In this document: piece after piece, positions 63,779-64,000 of the stretch
Position numbering within the stretch: the first letter of the stretch is position 1
How the letters are laid out: every line of letters starts with the position of its first letter
Program-made: the position numbers and the translations under genes
Notes under the pieces: model-generated
Told to the model about the DNA's origin: nothing
Databases searched by the model: none
Seen by the model: only the letters and a program-made list of their open reading frames with translations
Source of the DNA: Acidobacteriota bacterium
Lineage (GTDB): Bacteria > Acidobacteriota > UBA6911 > RPQK01 > JAJDTT01
Direction: 5' to 3'
Assembly (NCBI GenBank): GCA_965217775.1
Contig: CBDCJH010000001.1
Span: forward strand, 64,001 to 128,000
Length of the DNA: 64,000 nt

Positions 63779-64000
63779 CGGCAACCAGTCCGCTCACGGG
63801 TTCTGCCATCCAGGCGGGCATTACGGCACGCGATGCCGCCAACTCCTGCAGGTCTTCGGCGGAGAGTTTGCGCCTGATCACGTCCAGACTCGCCTCCACT
63901 TCGTCTGGCCCCAGCCAGGACAGTGCGCGAACTGCCGCGCCGGCCGGCCGGTGTGGCGCTGCCAGTTGCCAACGGGGGGCATGGCGCAACTCCACCATCA
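63771..64000 (-). CDS. AbiEi/DUF6088-like antitoxin, 3' part
   Basis: ELRHAPRWQL, RALSWLGP, MPAWM. Overlaps the toxin start. Confidence 0.8.
   Translation of the reverse strand, partial: MVELRHAPRWQLAAPHRPAGAAVRALSWLGPDEVEASLDVIRRKLSAEDLQELAASRAVMPAWMAEPVSGLVADG

Overview
GC-rich bacterial chromosomal window. The gene content (ankyrin, FN3, NHL and TolB-like repeat proteins, DUF1080, DUF5916) is consistent with an Acidobacteriota/PVC-like, possibly host-associated organism; this is inference only. The core (about 6.3-56.8 kb) holds metabolic genes, tRNA-Asp, a sigma-54-controlled copper locus (CopA-type ATPase, HK/RR, TolC-CusB-CusA, NosL-like), gntK-gnd, a GalU-like gene paired with a plant-type glucuronokinase homologue, an operon of apparently exported CinA-like, FNR-like and rhodanese proteins, sodA, thrC and an AbiE module. 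Both ends are accessory mosaics. At 2.0-4.4 kb and 58.7-62.8 kb, short unrelated DNA pieces are joined at co-oriented copies of one motif, GAGAAGGGGACAGTC(A/T). The pieces include IS1380 and IS1634 scraps, diverged copies of parts of the neighbouring ankyrin gene, an orphan DGR template repeat, small genes and toxin-antitoxin modules. This motif-delimited fragment array is the best candidate for an undescribed system. Also present are an intact IS4-family element with a DUF4338/DruA-like domain fused to its transposase, a MITE inserted in frame in the TolC signal peptide, several REP/REPIN families, and an FN3-domain gene missing from the ORF track. All calls are by eye, without database searches.
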